Assembly: GCF_963676685.1 (NCBI RefSeq)
Contig: NC_092350.1
Span: forward strand, 71,424,001-71,488,000
Direction of reading: 5' to 3'
Source of the DNA: Mytilus edulis
Taxonomy: Eukaryota
Length of the DNA: 64,000 bases
Below, one piece after another: positions 1 through 12,552 of this stretch (within the stretch, counting starts at the first letter, position 1; every line of letters begins with the position of its first letter). The position numbers and the translations under genes are program-made. The notes under the pieces are model-generated. The model was not told where the DNA came from. It saw only the letters and a program-made list of their open reading frames with translations, and ran no database searches.

Positions 1-129
1 AATGAATATACATGTATGTACAATATCTTTTATCAAGATAATAGGTATATAATTGTATTATATGTCTCTGCTTAGGCTAAGGATGACTTTTCAATACTGT
101 AACAGTTTATTTTTTACTGAAGTAGACAT

Positions 130-215
130 GCTGATTAATGATTACACTGATTACTTGAAAAATTGTAACCAATTACAGCTGATTAACGATTACAATTACA
201 ATTACCCCAAGTCTG
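130..215 (-). mobile_element. Terminal fragment of a non-autonomous DNA transposon (CAG-terminal, hAT-like)
   Basis: Run of gattac/aattac motifs ending ...aattaccccaagtctg (reverse complement CAGACTTGGGGTAATTGTAATTGTAATCG), adjacent to the start of the paralogous block. Confidence 0.4.
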
Positions 216-219
216 CTTC

Positions 220-1150
220 ACAGGCCATTTTTATCACATATTACTTTTGTTGTTTGGAATTTTTTTACATGATTATGAATTGTAAAAAGATGCAAGGTTA
301 GCCTTATTGCGCCTGACAGTTCCTTATTTGTTTACTCATTTTATAACTATATGTCCTAAATAAACTCATCGTAGATAAGCCAGAGTATGTTATTCGTTGT
401 TTGTCGTTGATTTCCGTTTTTCGTTAATTTCCGTTTGTCGTTGGTTTCCATTTGTCGTTGGTTTCCATTTGTCGTTGGTTTTCGTTTGTCGTTAATTTCC
501 GTTTGTCGAATATGATTTTCCTCATTTTTTTCATAGATCATGTTGTTTGATTTTTATTCGCTTGAATTGACAAAAAACTAAATATATTGTAAGTGTTATT
601 TTGGAATATTCGAACTTTGAAAAAAGATCAGCTTTGCAGAATTTCCTTTCAAAGTATCATTTTAACAGCCAAGTATCACACACAACTATCAAACGCTCTA
701 ATATCTTATAAGTATATTACACTCTTTCGATTAAATACTATTTTTCTTACAATAAATTAATTTAAATTTGATTTAGGGATACAACATTTTTTTTTCCATA
801 ATTGTGTAATGGTTCGTGTTCAATGTTCTAAAATCCCATATATAAATGTATAGAATCTTTATTAACTGGTCATACGGCCAAACTTATATAATATCGATAA
901 AACCCGTCATTAACTTCCTTATCTCAAATAGCATGAATACAGGATAGAACGTTCCTTTAATTTATTATGTTTATAGTCAGTTTAAAGATAAATATGTGGC
1001 GGCGTAACATTTGCATTTTCTTCTAAAGAAATATAAAAGGAAACATGATCAGTCATTTACACATGATCTGTATAAAATGACATAAAATCCGTAAGAAAAT
1101 CGTTTGTCGTGTATAAATTTTAAGTTTCGGCGCTCTTTATAATAGAAATT
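220..1150 (+). repeat. Duplicated spacer, paralogous to about 31380-32150
   Basis: Colinear match, e.g. cttattgcgcctga at 303 and 31460, gatcagtcattt near 1047 and 32047. Confidence 0.85.
400..508 (+). repeat. 17-bp minisatellite, about 6.4 copies (tttgtcgttggtttcca)
   Basis: Units start at 400, 417, 434, 451, 468, 485 and 502. Confidence 0.9.
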
Positions 1151-2080
1151 TTATTGAATGCCTTTTTATTATTGAACTAAGGAACGTTAACATGTTAACA
1201 TAAACAGTTCTATGTTTCATTGGTTTAACAAGTCATTCTTTAAATGCGTGTCCAAAGTCAAGAGCCTGTAATTGGATATGGTTGTTGTCTGATACATACG
1301 TTTTCTATTGATTGTTTTAGAATTTACAGCAAAGCCGTTGGTTTACTTGTAATTAATTATTTCTCATTTATCATGACGGAACCTTTTAAAATGTACCTTA
1401 TGGTATTGATTTTGTTAATTTTTAAAAGCCAGTCAGTGATGTAAAGATGATTTAACCTGCGTTCCTTGTTTTTTTTTCAATTGTTCTCATATTGCCAATC
1501 ATCAGTGCAAATTTAAATTTAGATAATCTTAAAACAATTCATCAGTGTAGATTATTTTCATGAAAGGATGCGGTTAGTTGAATTACTATTCATTTCATAA
1601 TGTGAATGCATTGTTGAATTTAACTGAAATATCTGCATGTGACAAAACAATAATAAAGTCCGTATTCTAGATATAATTTGTGTTTAAGTCGTGTTGTTTT
1701 TATTTTTTCCTTTTTCTATGGGGAGGGGGATTAATTTTTAAATTTTAAACCGTGTTCATTTAGTTTTCCACCCAGGTTCAACCCACAATTTTAAAAAAAA
1801 AAAAAAAACATTCAAAACCTTGTAAAAGTGAAAAGACGATTGTTTTTCGTTCATTAATATAGTGGAGCGTCGAATTTGTTAGATTTTGTAGACTTCTCCT
1901 ATTTTGAATTTACCTTCAAGTTGACAATCTGAATTTTTGTTAATACTTTTCAATCATTTGCAGGGTTTTAAGTCCATTTCCTTTGTTTTTGTTTACTTTT
2001 TAATCAATCACAATTATGTTTTAAAACGTGTTTGTAGTCACAATTTGTTGTTGGTTTCTCAGATATCCTGTTTCCATAAT

Positions 2081-2380
2081 AATATAAAAAAGAAGATGTT
2101 GTATGATTGCCAATGAGACAACTATCCACAAAAGATGATAATAGAATAAGTAGACAGCTCTCTCACAACCAAAAACCCCTAACTGTAAAAATATAAGGGC
2201 ATACACTACAGGCACGGGGACACATTCTACTGAATCCACACAGCACGAGTAACAAACCCTGCAGAAAATATAAAAAAGAAGATGTGGTATGATTGCCAAT
2301 GAGACAACTATCCACAAAAGATGATAATAGAATAAGTAGACAGCTCTCTCACAAGCAAAAAACCCCTAACTGTAAAAATA
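2081..2380. repeat. Insertion made of two ~113-bp direct repeats around a 73-bp spacer
   Basis: 2081-2193 matches 2267-2380; absent from the paralogous site (23045-23055, ccataataaacccatttt). Confidence 0.85.
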
Positions 2381-4187
2381 ACCCCATTTTACCTAACATT
2401 AGAAATCTGTTATTAATAATCATGCAATCTCAATCAGCAAAAATAGCCTAAACAGAGTTTTGAGATTAAAAAGAAAAAATATATCTGTATGATTTGGATC
2501 ATTGAAAATCAAACCTATATATTGAATACAGGTCCGTGTTACACATTTAAGCATGAATGTGTATATCTCACCTGTTATTACTATTGATTAGATTCGTTGT
2601 AAACTGCCTTATTCATTTGTTATTTTACATTCGGGATAAAGACGTCGTTCATATTCAATTACAAGTTATCCATTTTGCATTGTAACTATTTTTCTTCTAT
2701 AATTACAGGAAAAAAACATATTTTATGACAAGAGATACAATAATATCTGTTAAATCCTTAACCTTGGGTCAGTTGTAAAACGGTTTTAAGTCATGCGTTA
2801 AATCGATATTTAAATCTAATATATATTACCTGTTCAAGGACGAAGTGTAAAGTCATTTCGTAATCAATTGTTTGCACATCAATGGATTTTTACACATGTT
2901 TTTATAATATCAAAAGAATGTAAATCTTAATCACAACATGCACGAACGTCTAGCTAGGTTTTCCTCATTCATGCCTTATGTATTTTATAACCCGGTTTCT
3001 CTGATATATCTTTTAATGGTGCTTACCATTAAAAGATATATCAGATACTTTGCAAATGCACGACCAACTTCGATTCTCGAACATAAACTATCACGTAAAA
3101 CATGTTGGTGTTTAGTACAGACACAGACACATCGTATCGGTCACCATAATATCTAAAGTATCTATTTCAGCCGTTCATCGTTAAAAAATCTTTTGAATCA
3201 GTATGTGTGTCACACGCGAATTCTGGATTTCTTTTTTGTTGATACAAATTGATGTGGATTATGGAATGATTGTTATTTCGTGGATATGTGATACAAGTCT
3301 ATAAAATTATATGTCGTTGATTATTTAATTCAATGTAAACTTAAACCCACAAATCTATGAATATCGTTATCAAAAATAAAAAAAAAAATTGTTTTATTTT
3401 TACCAAGGCACTGTAAATTTCTTTTCCACTTATGAGTTTGAAAATTCTCTTGGCTTCTTATTCTACGGTTTATATGTTTTAAATGGACTAGTATATTATT
3501 AATATATGCGTTTCGCTGTGATTTTTCGTCAACTAAAAATATCGCTCTAAACTGATAATCTACAAAATGGATATACATGCTTTGATACAAAATGATCGAT
3601 TGCTATTCAACTTCATTATCTTTGAACCTCGTTGGCATGTCCATATTCCGCCCTGGCATTAGTGTGCATTTACCCATCATCTTCAGCTACTGAGAACGAT
3701 CAATATAACAATACCAATAAAGGTCCTTATCTAATTTATTGTCAAAAGTTAGTAGGTGTAGATTTAACTAGTTTGTATCATAACAGGCTACCAACGGGAT
3801 ATAAATCTCGTTCGAATATCTGCCTAATAGTTTTGAACAAATGAAGATCATCTTAACTTATCAACATAAATGATGGGGAAAAAACCAAATGTTTGCTAAT
3901 CTTTTATTCAAATTTAAACTCTTTAAAGCACGGTATGTATTTAGTTTTATATACATGTATGTGGTTAGTATGGCAAAATTATAACACAAATGGTTTACTG
4001 ACATGAAAAGAAAATTAAGTATTTATATTTGCTAAAGCAATAGTTTATCTTTATAAGACGAAGTAATAATATTTACATATTGTCTCTTAACAAAACATCT
4101 AATTAAACACAAATAAAAACCCAAATGCATACCGGAATTCCTTGTACATAATTAACGATACATGGTGTTAAATAGAGGACATATTCA

Positions 4188-6772
4188 CTAATAAGATTTG
4201 ATTGCCCTTATAAGCTGTTCCCAAAAGACAACGTCACCGTACTCATCATTTGGATACTCAATATATGATTGACAATGAACCAGTTCCAGTATTTGAAGTG
4301 GAAGATCGCAAGCAGAGATTTGCTCGTAAAATACTAGGAAAAGAATGTTCTCACAATTGCGTTCATAGATACTCTCCATTTTAGCCATATTATATTCGAA
4401 CATACACCAGTACGAAGCTAAATATTTTGAAGACATTAAGACAATTGTTTTTCGGCTGTTATGAATTGCGGATGTAATGTTCGTGGCGATAACATTACCA
4501 GGAAGGAAATTACGCCTATGCAAGCACAATTGAACCCCACCGTTTTTTCTCTAATTTGTGAAGAAGTGTTTTGTGGACAAATGTATGATCTTCGTTGGCA
4601 TATGACACGAAAGCATCATACATATATAGTCTTTCATCTTTGTTGACGGATTTAGGTTCGGGGTCATGCCATTTGACTTTGACCATGTAGTAAAAATAGC
4701 GTAGTTTCCATCTATATCTGTAAACAATACCACCACAAAGTATAAAAATAAACATTAAAATTCCTGTCGCTACTCCAGTTATTAAACCTTCATATGACAT
4801 ACATTCTTTTTGTATTGTTTCGTAAAATTCGCTGGGGTTTCGTAGAAAACTGATTGTGTTTTGTGATGTCTTACATTCATATTCTTCACGATTATGAAGA
4901 TAAGTAGGTGTGTCAATTATCCATTTGACAAAAGACAGAGAATCACAATTACATACAAGATTATTACCACTAAGATCAACGGTTAGATTTGTGTTCATTT
5001 TTGCTATTGAGTCCAATCCGTTGATGGCATATTTACTCAGCATAGATATTCTATTTTTTCTTAAATTCAAAAACATGAGCTTTTTCATATGAGAAATTTT
5101 AAAGTTAATATCATCAATAATATTTTCACTGAGGTCTAATTTTTCAAGATGTTCTTGCTTTTTAAATAACATATTTGGTATATTTGATATTTTATTTTTC
5201 GAGAGATTAATGTGAACTACGTTCTGAAGATTCTGAAATATTTCTCCATCGACATCCATTGGTAGAATGAGTCCCAACAGATTATTTTGTAGTAGTAAAT
5301 ATCTTAAGTTGATAAAGTCTTCGCTGAAAAATATCTTTGAAACATTAGAACAAAACTTTGACGATAAGTCTAAAACTGTCATGTTATTTACATTAGTTAT
5401 AGGGCCTGTCCATGTGTGAAAGATATTGTCACTAAAATTAAGATTTGTTAATTCATTTGTGATGAATCCGAATTTTGGTATTTCAAATTTCATTTTGCTT
5501 GACGTAAGTGATATTTTTCTTAGTTTTCTTGGTACTGGCAGTCGGGCAACAAAATGATCAAACTTCTTTATCTGGAAATCAAAGCGTGAACGTAAATTAG
5601 ACAACCAGTTATTTTCAGAATTCATTGTAAAAGTATCTGTTTGAGAATCACATGTCTCTATGTAGCTTGTGAGAACATAATGTGAAGAGGAAATTTTGAA
5701 ATATCTAAAGATGTTATTGGTAATCTAACTAAATCAAAGAGATATTTGCCGAAGGAAAAAGCGTTGTCCCTTACAATCACACTTTCAAATGATTTCGGAA
5801 AGTACTGCACGGCCCCATATTTTACTCTTTGAATACGGTTTCCAGCGGCTTCAAATCTAACAAGAGATGTGTTTCTTAAATTTCGAATGTGGGAAGTCTT
5901 CAGTAGTGTGCTCATTTCGAAAGTACTATGAATGTAGTTTACTTTAAGAATTTTGATTGCGGTATATTGTAAATCTGTGGTTATATTTTCAAGCCCCGCG
6001 AACCTCAAACAAGTATTTAAAGAGACATCAAGCTCCGAAATATTTTTCAAACTTTCAAAAGTTCCTTTGTAGATTTATTGTATTTTGAATTTAGACAGAT
6101 TGATATGGGTTAATTGAGAAAGAGGCAATAATGTTGCCTCTGTAAGTGTGTTCATTGTGCAATTACCAGTAGAACCGTATAGATCTAAGCTTCTTAGGTG
6201 TTTCAAATGTATAAAATTGTCAGTAAGAACTGCAATTTTGTCCGATACATAATCTATTGACAGTGATTCTAATGTCCGAAGTCTCCATAAATCTGGCAAG
6301 AATGAAGTGTGGAAATTATTTTTCATATTCAAAATCTTCAAGTTCTCCAAAAAATGAAAGGCAGAACTTTCAAATGACATGTTTTCATATTTCAAATTGT
6401 TGGCTATGAGATCTAACGAAAGTAAATTATTGAGTCCTTTGAACGTGTTTTTGCGTATTTTACTTATTCTATTGAAAGACAGATCCAAAAACTTCAATAA
6501 ATAATTTCCTTCGAAAATCCCATCTTGTATTGTATTGATTGCATTATTTTGCAGCGATAAATCTTGAAGATTGTTTTGTAATCTAGGTATAAGAAGTAGA
6601 TTCTTGTTGGAACAATCCGCTAGAAGTTCATTTGAATCATGAATATTTTTGCAAATACAGGAACTAGCGAACTGACATTCTGTCCATTCCTTCAGCTCAT
6701 GGACTCTGTTGTTGTCACAACTAGCTTGAAGTATAAAAGCAGCAACCAGGAAATAAGAACGTTTGATGGTAC
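4188..6772 (-). pseudogene. TLR: TLR-A: Toll-like receptor pseudogene (LRR-TM-TIR), recent duplicate of TLR-C
   Basis: ORF fragments 6075..6791, 5658..6050, 4516..5625 and 4188..4529 together make a full TLR (LRRNT CQFASSCIC, LRRs, LRRCT NNLVCNCDSLSFVKW, TM, TIR). Lesions: TAT>TAA nonsense at 6075-6077, 1-nt deletion near 5697, +1 in the T run at 4543-4548. Phase-1 acceptor (TCTTCTTCATAG|GT) at 6773/6772; no matching ATGT|GT exon found upstream. Confidence 0.9.
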
Positions 6773-8287
6773 CTATGAAGAAGATATGCATACTTATGAT
6801 TTTGAATTGTCTTAGATAGATGTGATGTTAATAATTAAAAAAAACTAATATGCGTTACCAATGGTTAAAGGAAAAAAAGCTAGAAAAAATAATTGAATGC
6901 AAATTTTTAGGCTAAACTAGTTTATTTAAACATGCAAACCATATAGTTTTGATGTTGATCGAGCGATATGACGTTTTGGCGTATATCCTTTCGGATTTGG
7001 GTTCTCAATACTTTACAACTTTGTGCTTTTTTTAGCCTTACAATTTTATTACATTTTATTCTTTATTCACGCGTGACTTATGGGTTGTTGATTGTACAAA
7101 TACATAATTGAGTTTTTTGTAAATATCGTTAGCCTTTTGTGTAATATGCCTACTGAGCTTTATGTATATTCTCGAATATTTTTTAAGATTACTTTCCATC
7201 TCGCTTTTGTAATTCATCTTTTTTAATCAAAATTGCTCATCGAATATTCAAGCCTATCTCAGCGAAAGTTTCCTATATATCATAAATGGAACTCGAAAGA
7301 AATCAGTTGAAAGGTTAAATCAAATATGAGCTAAAGAACATTCAATTAAAAGATTTCTAAATACTTTTGGATTATATAGCTAATATAGAAAAGAAGAGGT
7401 GGTCTGATTACCAATGATACAACTCTTCAAAAGAGACTGAATAACACAAAAATTATCAACATCTCAAACATCTATAGGTCACCGTTCGGCATTCAACAAT
7501 GAGCAAAAGCAATCTATAAAATATTTTATAAAGACCATAGTGGTTCAATCTATTGGAAATTAGATACTCACAAAATTCACAGAATAATTATTGTATCCTT
7601 AAAATTTAATGTCAATACAAGTGCTTATTATTTGGCCATGATACCGTCTGGAACGAACATTCAGCAGCATTGGAATATAATCAGGAATCATATGAGATAG
7701 ATTTGGCATGATTTTTATTGGACCAATTTTCCAGCAGTCAGCAACTGATATAACATTAAAGCAAGTATAGGTCAACGTACGTTATCATGAGCAAAACCCA
7801 TACTGGTTAGCGAAGCTATACAAAATTCTAGATGACAAAAGTAAAACAGTTCAAACTAAAATGATTTCGACTTGTGTCATGTACAAAGCAATGAACAAAG
7901 CACAAATTTGATACACAGCAACAAGCAAATAACCACGGACTTGGGACAGGCGTATACAGGATGTTATAATGTCATAAATGTTTGCAGTTACCCATCAAAT
8001 GCATAACTTTGGACAGCATGCATGAGCACACCATACACATCTATTGAATTGGGTCAAACTCCTCAAATCGATGATTTAAAGATTAGACAAAAATTACTGA
8101 TATCAGCGTAAACGTAGTTACAAAATTTAGTTGATGTGCCTGTTCAGCATAGTGTTTATGACAGATCTTTATTATTTTCTCTTTAATTTATTCCCACTCT
8201 TTTTCTTGTTCCGTGCGATTTAGAGCATGTCTTAAACATAGACACTTTTTTAATTTGTTGCACACATTTGACTTATGATGTCTTCTC

Positions 8288-8484
8288 AAGTGAGAGGTTT
8301 AGCTAGCTATAAAACCAGGTTCAATCCACCATTTTCTACATTAGAAAATGCCTGTACCAAGTCAGGAATATGACAGTTGTTATCCATTCGTTTGATGTGT
8401 TTGGACTTTTGATTTTGTCTTTTGATTTTTGATTTTCCTTTTTGAATTTTCCTCGGAGTTCAGTATTTTTGTGTTTTTACTTTT
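8288..8484 (+). mobile_element. Dispersed repeat (caagtgagaggtttagc...cctcggagttcag family), inserted in the TLR-A intron
   Basis: Second copy at 40138-40333, decayed copies near 1771 and 22738; absent from the TLR-C paralog near 30215; possible TSD ttctc. Confidence 0.8.
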
Positions 8485-9358
8485 TTCTCCTGTTAACGTT
8501 GATACATTACGACTGATTTTTATGGCAATATGAATCGCTGTACTGCTAGTACCCAGGCTTTATCTGGTTTAGTTGCCAAAATCTGAATGTTTCACTGATC
8601 AATGAATTCACTGCTATGTGAATATGACCTGTACAGATTAAGTAGACAATTGTATTTATCTTATTGAAGCCAGGAAAAGAAAAGGGCCATTAGACTCTAG
8701 TATAAGCGTAGATCACACATTTAGACATAAAGGTGCAATGTTTTCTTAAATAACAAATATTATTTTTAAGGATATCCAAACTTTTTCTAGATTTTATATC
8801 ATATAAGTCTTTTGTATTTTCCTTATTTTACATCCCTTTTAAGCATATGTTAGAATGAACAGTTGGATTATTTCTATGGTGAAAACAAAGCTTCTTTAAA
8901 CTTTGTTGTTGTTTTCTATATTTTCATGAAATACATACATATTGGGACTCTGTTTTGACATCCTTACATTACTAATCGTATGTTGTTCATTGATATATTT
9001 CTTTGAGCAATACCGATCCATAAATACACCTACAGTGCAAAAAAGTATGAATGAAATGGAAATTTTGAATTATATAAAAAAAAAGTTTAGTAATAAATGT
9101 TTAACAGAACCATTCAATCGTAATATGGACGTATGCTATAGGTTTTGACTACAGAAAGGGTCCGTTTGTCCGACAGCCGAATATTTAAACAATTTATTGT
9201 TTAATTATTCATCAAGAAGTTTTTATTATTGCTCGTCCTAAGCAAAGCTCTTGTAATTCAGTGACTGCGTATGGTTGTTATCAGTCATATTGTTTTCTGT
9301 TTATTGTTAATGAATTCACAGTAAAGCCCATTTGTTTACTTATTATAACAGAACATTT

Positions 9359-9472
9359 TCACTGGTTTTAAAGTGATAACCGTAACTGGAATTACGACTA
9401 TCCCAATATGGCGTGTGCAGATATAGGTAAAATCTTCACAGACATTTACGGTTATCACTTTAAAATCAGTGA
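9359..9472. mobile_element. ~114-bp MITE with ~27-bp terminal inverted repeats
   Basis: tcactggttttaaagtgataaccgtaa ... ttacggttatcactttaaaatcagtga; flanked by ttt on both sides. Confidence 0.7.
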
Positions 9473-10714
9473 TTTAAGAGTAAGGTTATATATATTTTTT
9501 CTAAAACCATACGGTTATGTAAAATGATTACGACTACGACTCTTGGTATTTATTTATAAAGTTGTCTTATCGCCGATGAACATATCAAATTTCAATAATT
9601 TCAAAACAAATTATAACGTGTCAATGTAGGCTTATTGTATGCAAAGAGTGCAGTTAGTTGTATTATAATTCATTTCAAAATGTCAAGGCTTTGTTGAATT
9701 TAAATGGAAGAATAACAAAATGGGATGCACGGTACAACGCAATCTTTTCAATTGATATGTTTTGAACCGCGTTTATTCACGCGTTATATCGGTATTCAGA
9801 TCTTATATTTATAACTTGTTCAAGGACAAAGTTTAAAGTCATTTTGTAATCATTTCTGTTTTCACATTAAAGTGATGTATAAGAGGCTTTATAAATATTG
9901 AAGATACATTAAGAATAGAAATCTGAATCAGTATATGCACTCGAGCATTTTGATGATTTTTACTCATTATTGCCAAAAGCATTTTTGTTATTATGCTTTT
10001 TTATATTTTTGGTTTACTCCTTATTCAAAATTCATCATTGTCCTGTCTCTTGTTCATAAAAAGCATGACTGCTTTAATTTAAACACAAAAACAGGGTGAA
10101 TATCTTTAATTCTATTGCAAACTATTAATAACTGATGAGTGGACTGCCTATACTTAATGAATAACAAACAAGAACATTTATAAAAAACATTATTTGAAAT
10201 AAATTTTTTAATACCTATTGATTAAATTGGGAAATTGCCGACAATTTCCACATCATGAAATATGCTTTCAAATTCGGTAAAAAGCTGATCACTAAAAATA
10301 ATTTCACGATACATTTTAGGAAAAGGTTCATCCATTTTGTTTCATTTTTTTTTATTGCTGAGCGGCCTCAGACTCTTACTAAATGTCCTTTTCTCTATCT
10401 AGATAGAAAATTTAAAATTGCATTAACCAATAGATTTAATTTGTTAGCATTTTCATTTCTGAGGTCATTTTATAATAATTTCATTGAAATATTGGTATAG
10501 TGCTAGATGGCAATAACAAAATGAACCGGTCTGCTAACATTTGTTCAAATTATATATGAGGTTCTTTTTTGCATTCGGTTCTTTCCTAATTTACAAAACA
10601 TAATATAACTACTTGGCATTACATTTTTAAATTTCAGAAATGTCACATGTGTTTGAAATTTGTGACTCTGGCCACATTACATCAGTTGTTTGGGGTCACG
10701 AATGTGACGATAAA

Positions 10715-10940
10715 TAAACTTATCATAAATACCCGGATTCAATTTTCTATTTACGCCTGACGCTTGTTTTGTAATCTAAAGACCTATTAATGACGCCCGA
10801 ATCAAAAATAGTTAAAAAGGCCAAAAAAGTACGAAGTTGAAGTGCATGAAGAACCAAAATTCCAAAAAGTTTTGGCAAATACAACTTAGGTTATCTATGT
10901 CTGAGGTAGAAAAGCCTTAGTATTTCAAACATTCAAAAGT
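10715..10940 (-). mobile_element. Decayed copy of a hammerhead-bearing (Penelope-like/retrozyme) repeat
   Basis: Homologous to 21435-21535 and 19735-19920 (acgcc.gacgc...tgacgc...aagttgaag...ccaaaattccaaaaagtt). Confidence 0.6.
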
Positions 10941-11619
10941 TGTGTTGACTGCAGAAAGCACTACAAATAATGAAGAAAGCACAAAACTGAACTAACTGCT
11001 GAATATAAGAAATCACACGGAAAGAATTTTAAATGAGCAAAAAATTTGAGGTAACCAAAAGCAGATATATCAGGTAATTTGAAAATATATTAACAACCCT
11101 GATTCTAGTATATACGGACCAACAACTGTGAAGACATATCTTTGATGAGTTAAGACATAGACATATCGTCTCGGTCAACCAATCCATGATGATGATCATA
11201 ATGTCTACAGTATCGATTTCAGCCGTATATATGTTAGAACAATATTTGTATCAGACGTACACTTCTGTTAATGAAGTCTGTATAGCACTCAGTCTTTATT
11301 TTCCTCTCTTGTACATTTTTCATGTATATTTTCTACTCTGATTTCATTTATCATGTTGATACCGCTTTTTGTGGATTATGGAGATATTACAATTTTGTGA
11401 ATATTCTAACAAGTCTATAAAACTATAGTTCGTTGATCTTAAAGATGTACTTCGTTGGAATTAAAAATGTCTATAATTTAAAATTGATATTATAAGTTGA
11501 AAGAGCACTAGTTAAGGTACAAACTAAAATACAAATACTTATATGTTTATGAGCTTCTTTTTGAGATATTTGATTTAAATTTGTTTTATTAATTACAGGA
11601 ACATGATAACTCGAACTCT

Positions 11620-11900
11620 TTTCCAAAGTCAGGATCTGATGTTCAGTCGTTGTTGTTTGTTGATGTGTTTCATAAGTGTTTCTCTTTTTTCGTTTGTTAT
11701 AAAGATTAGATTGTTAGTTTTCTCATTTGAATGGTTTTACACTTAGTCTAGTCGTTTTTAGGCCCTTTAGGGCTTGCTGTTCGGTGTGAGCTCCGTGCTA
11801 AAGACTGTATATTGACCTATAATGGTTTATTATTACTTTTATAAATTGTGACTTGGACGCAGAGTTGTCTCATTAACACTCATACCACATCTTCCTATAT
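11620..11900 (+). mobile_element. Dispersed repeat, family ending ...gttgtctcattggcaatcataccacatcttct
   Basis: Homologous to 36550-36925 and 63233-63772. Confidence 0.75.
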
Positions 11901-12354
11901 TTATTTAACCTTATATTTGCATTGGAATTATTATGGCATCAAATCGAAACAAAATACATTAAGAACTCGCTTTAATGTTGGTAAATTACCCTTTATGAGT
12001 TATTGGTGTCTTATATAAAAAGAAAATGGTCCAAAAAGCTTACCCTGTATTAATGGACAAAAAACATGAGTCCAAACCTCTGACACATTGCCTAAAACTC
12101 ACTTAGGTACATCCTTAAAACGAACATTTTTTCTTTCCTTTTTATCAAGGTACTGTCGATTTAAATATTCCCATGACCTCATTGTCTCCACTCTCCTTTG
12201 TGTTGTTTTAACTTAAAGGAGAGCTTATAGTAAAAAAAAACTGACGAATGATGTTTAAAGGAGCATTGCTACTGACGACACAAGAAATTGGTTGAACTAT
12301 TTTATATATCTAAATCTGTGAAGCTAACATACCATAACCGATAAGGCATTGTTT

Positions 12355-12552
12355 TATACTAACTTCCTTAACACATGAGACCCCCCCCCCCCCCCGATGT
12401 CTAAAGGGGTTCGTCTTGCTCAGTCTTTATATTTCTACGTTGTGCACTGTAGTTTGTCGCTTGGTCTTTTTCTTCTTTACCATGGCGATGTCAGTCTGTT
12501 TTTGATTTGTTAGTTCGAAAATATCCCTTTGGTACCATCTGCTTCTCTTTTA
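12355..12552 (+). mobile_element. Dispersed repeat (ggggttcgtgttgctc...ccatggcgttgtcag family), probable retroelement 3' end
   Basis: Related copies in inverted arrangement at about 40622-40810 (-) and 40880-41010 (+). Confidence 0.6.

Larger units (their letters stand above)
1203..8285 (+). repeat. Segmental duplication copy 1 (TLR-A unit), paralogous to about 22352-30220
   Basis: Long colinear high-identity blocks including non-coding DNA (e.g. 1212 tgtttcattggtttaacaagtcattct with 22362; 3020 with 24878; 8200 with 30130), with several indels. Confidence 0.92.
8500..11460 (+). repeat. Older duplicated intergenic block, paralogous in patches to about 21360-25290
   Basis: Shared patches: gcaatatgaatcgct (8525/21383), tagacaattgt (8643/21592), ttcaaggac (9819/23506), tttaaatttcagaaatgtcacat (10626/24663). 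Confidence 0.75.

Noticed and set aside
356-541. 61-aa repetitive ORF
   Set aside because: It is a translation of the 17-bp minisatellite.
2081-2380. CRISPR-like repeat-spacer-repeat
   Set aside because: Only two 113-bp repeats, eukaryotic context and no cas genes.
4188-4529. Stand-alone TIR-only gene (also 26134..26382)
   Set aside because: These are frameshifted tails of TLR-A and TLR-C, contiguous with TM and LRR sequence and lacking TIR box 1.
8031-8040. ATGT|GTATGG as TLR-A exon 1
   Set aside because: Weak donor at the edge of a decayed repeat, also present inside the TLR-C intron, and not homologous to the other exon-1 regions.
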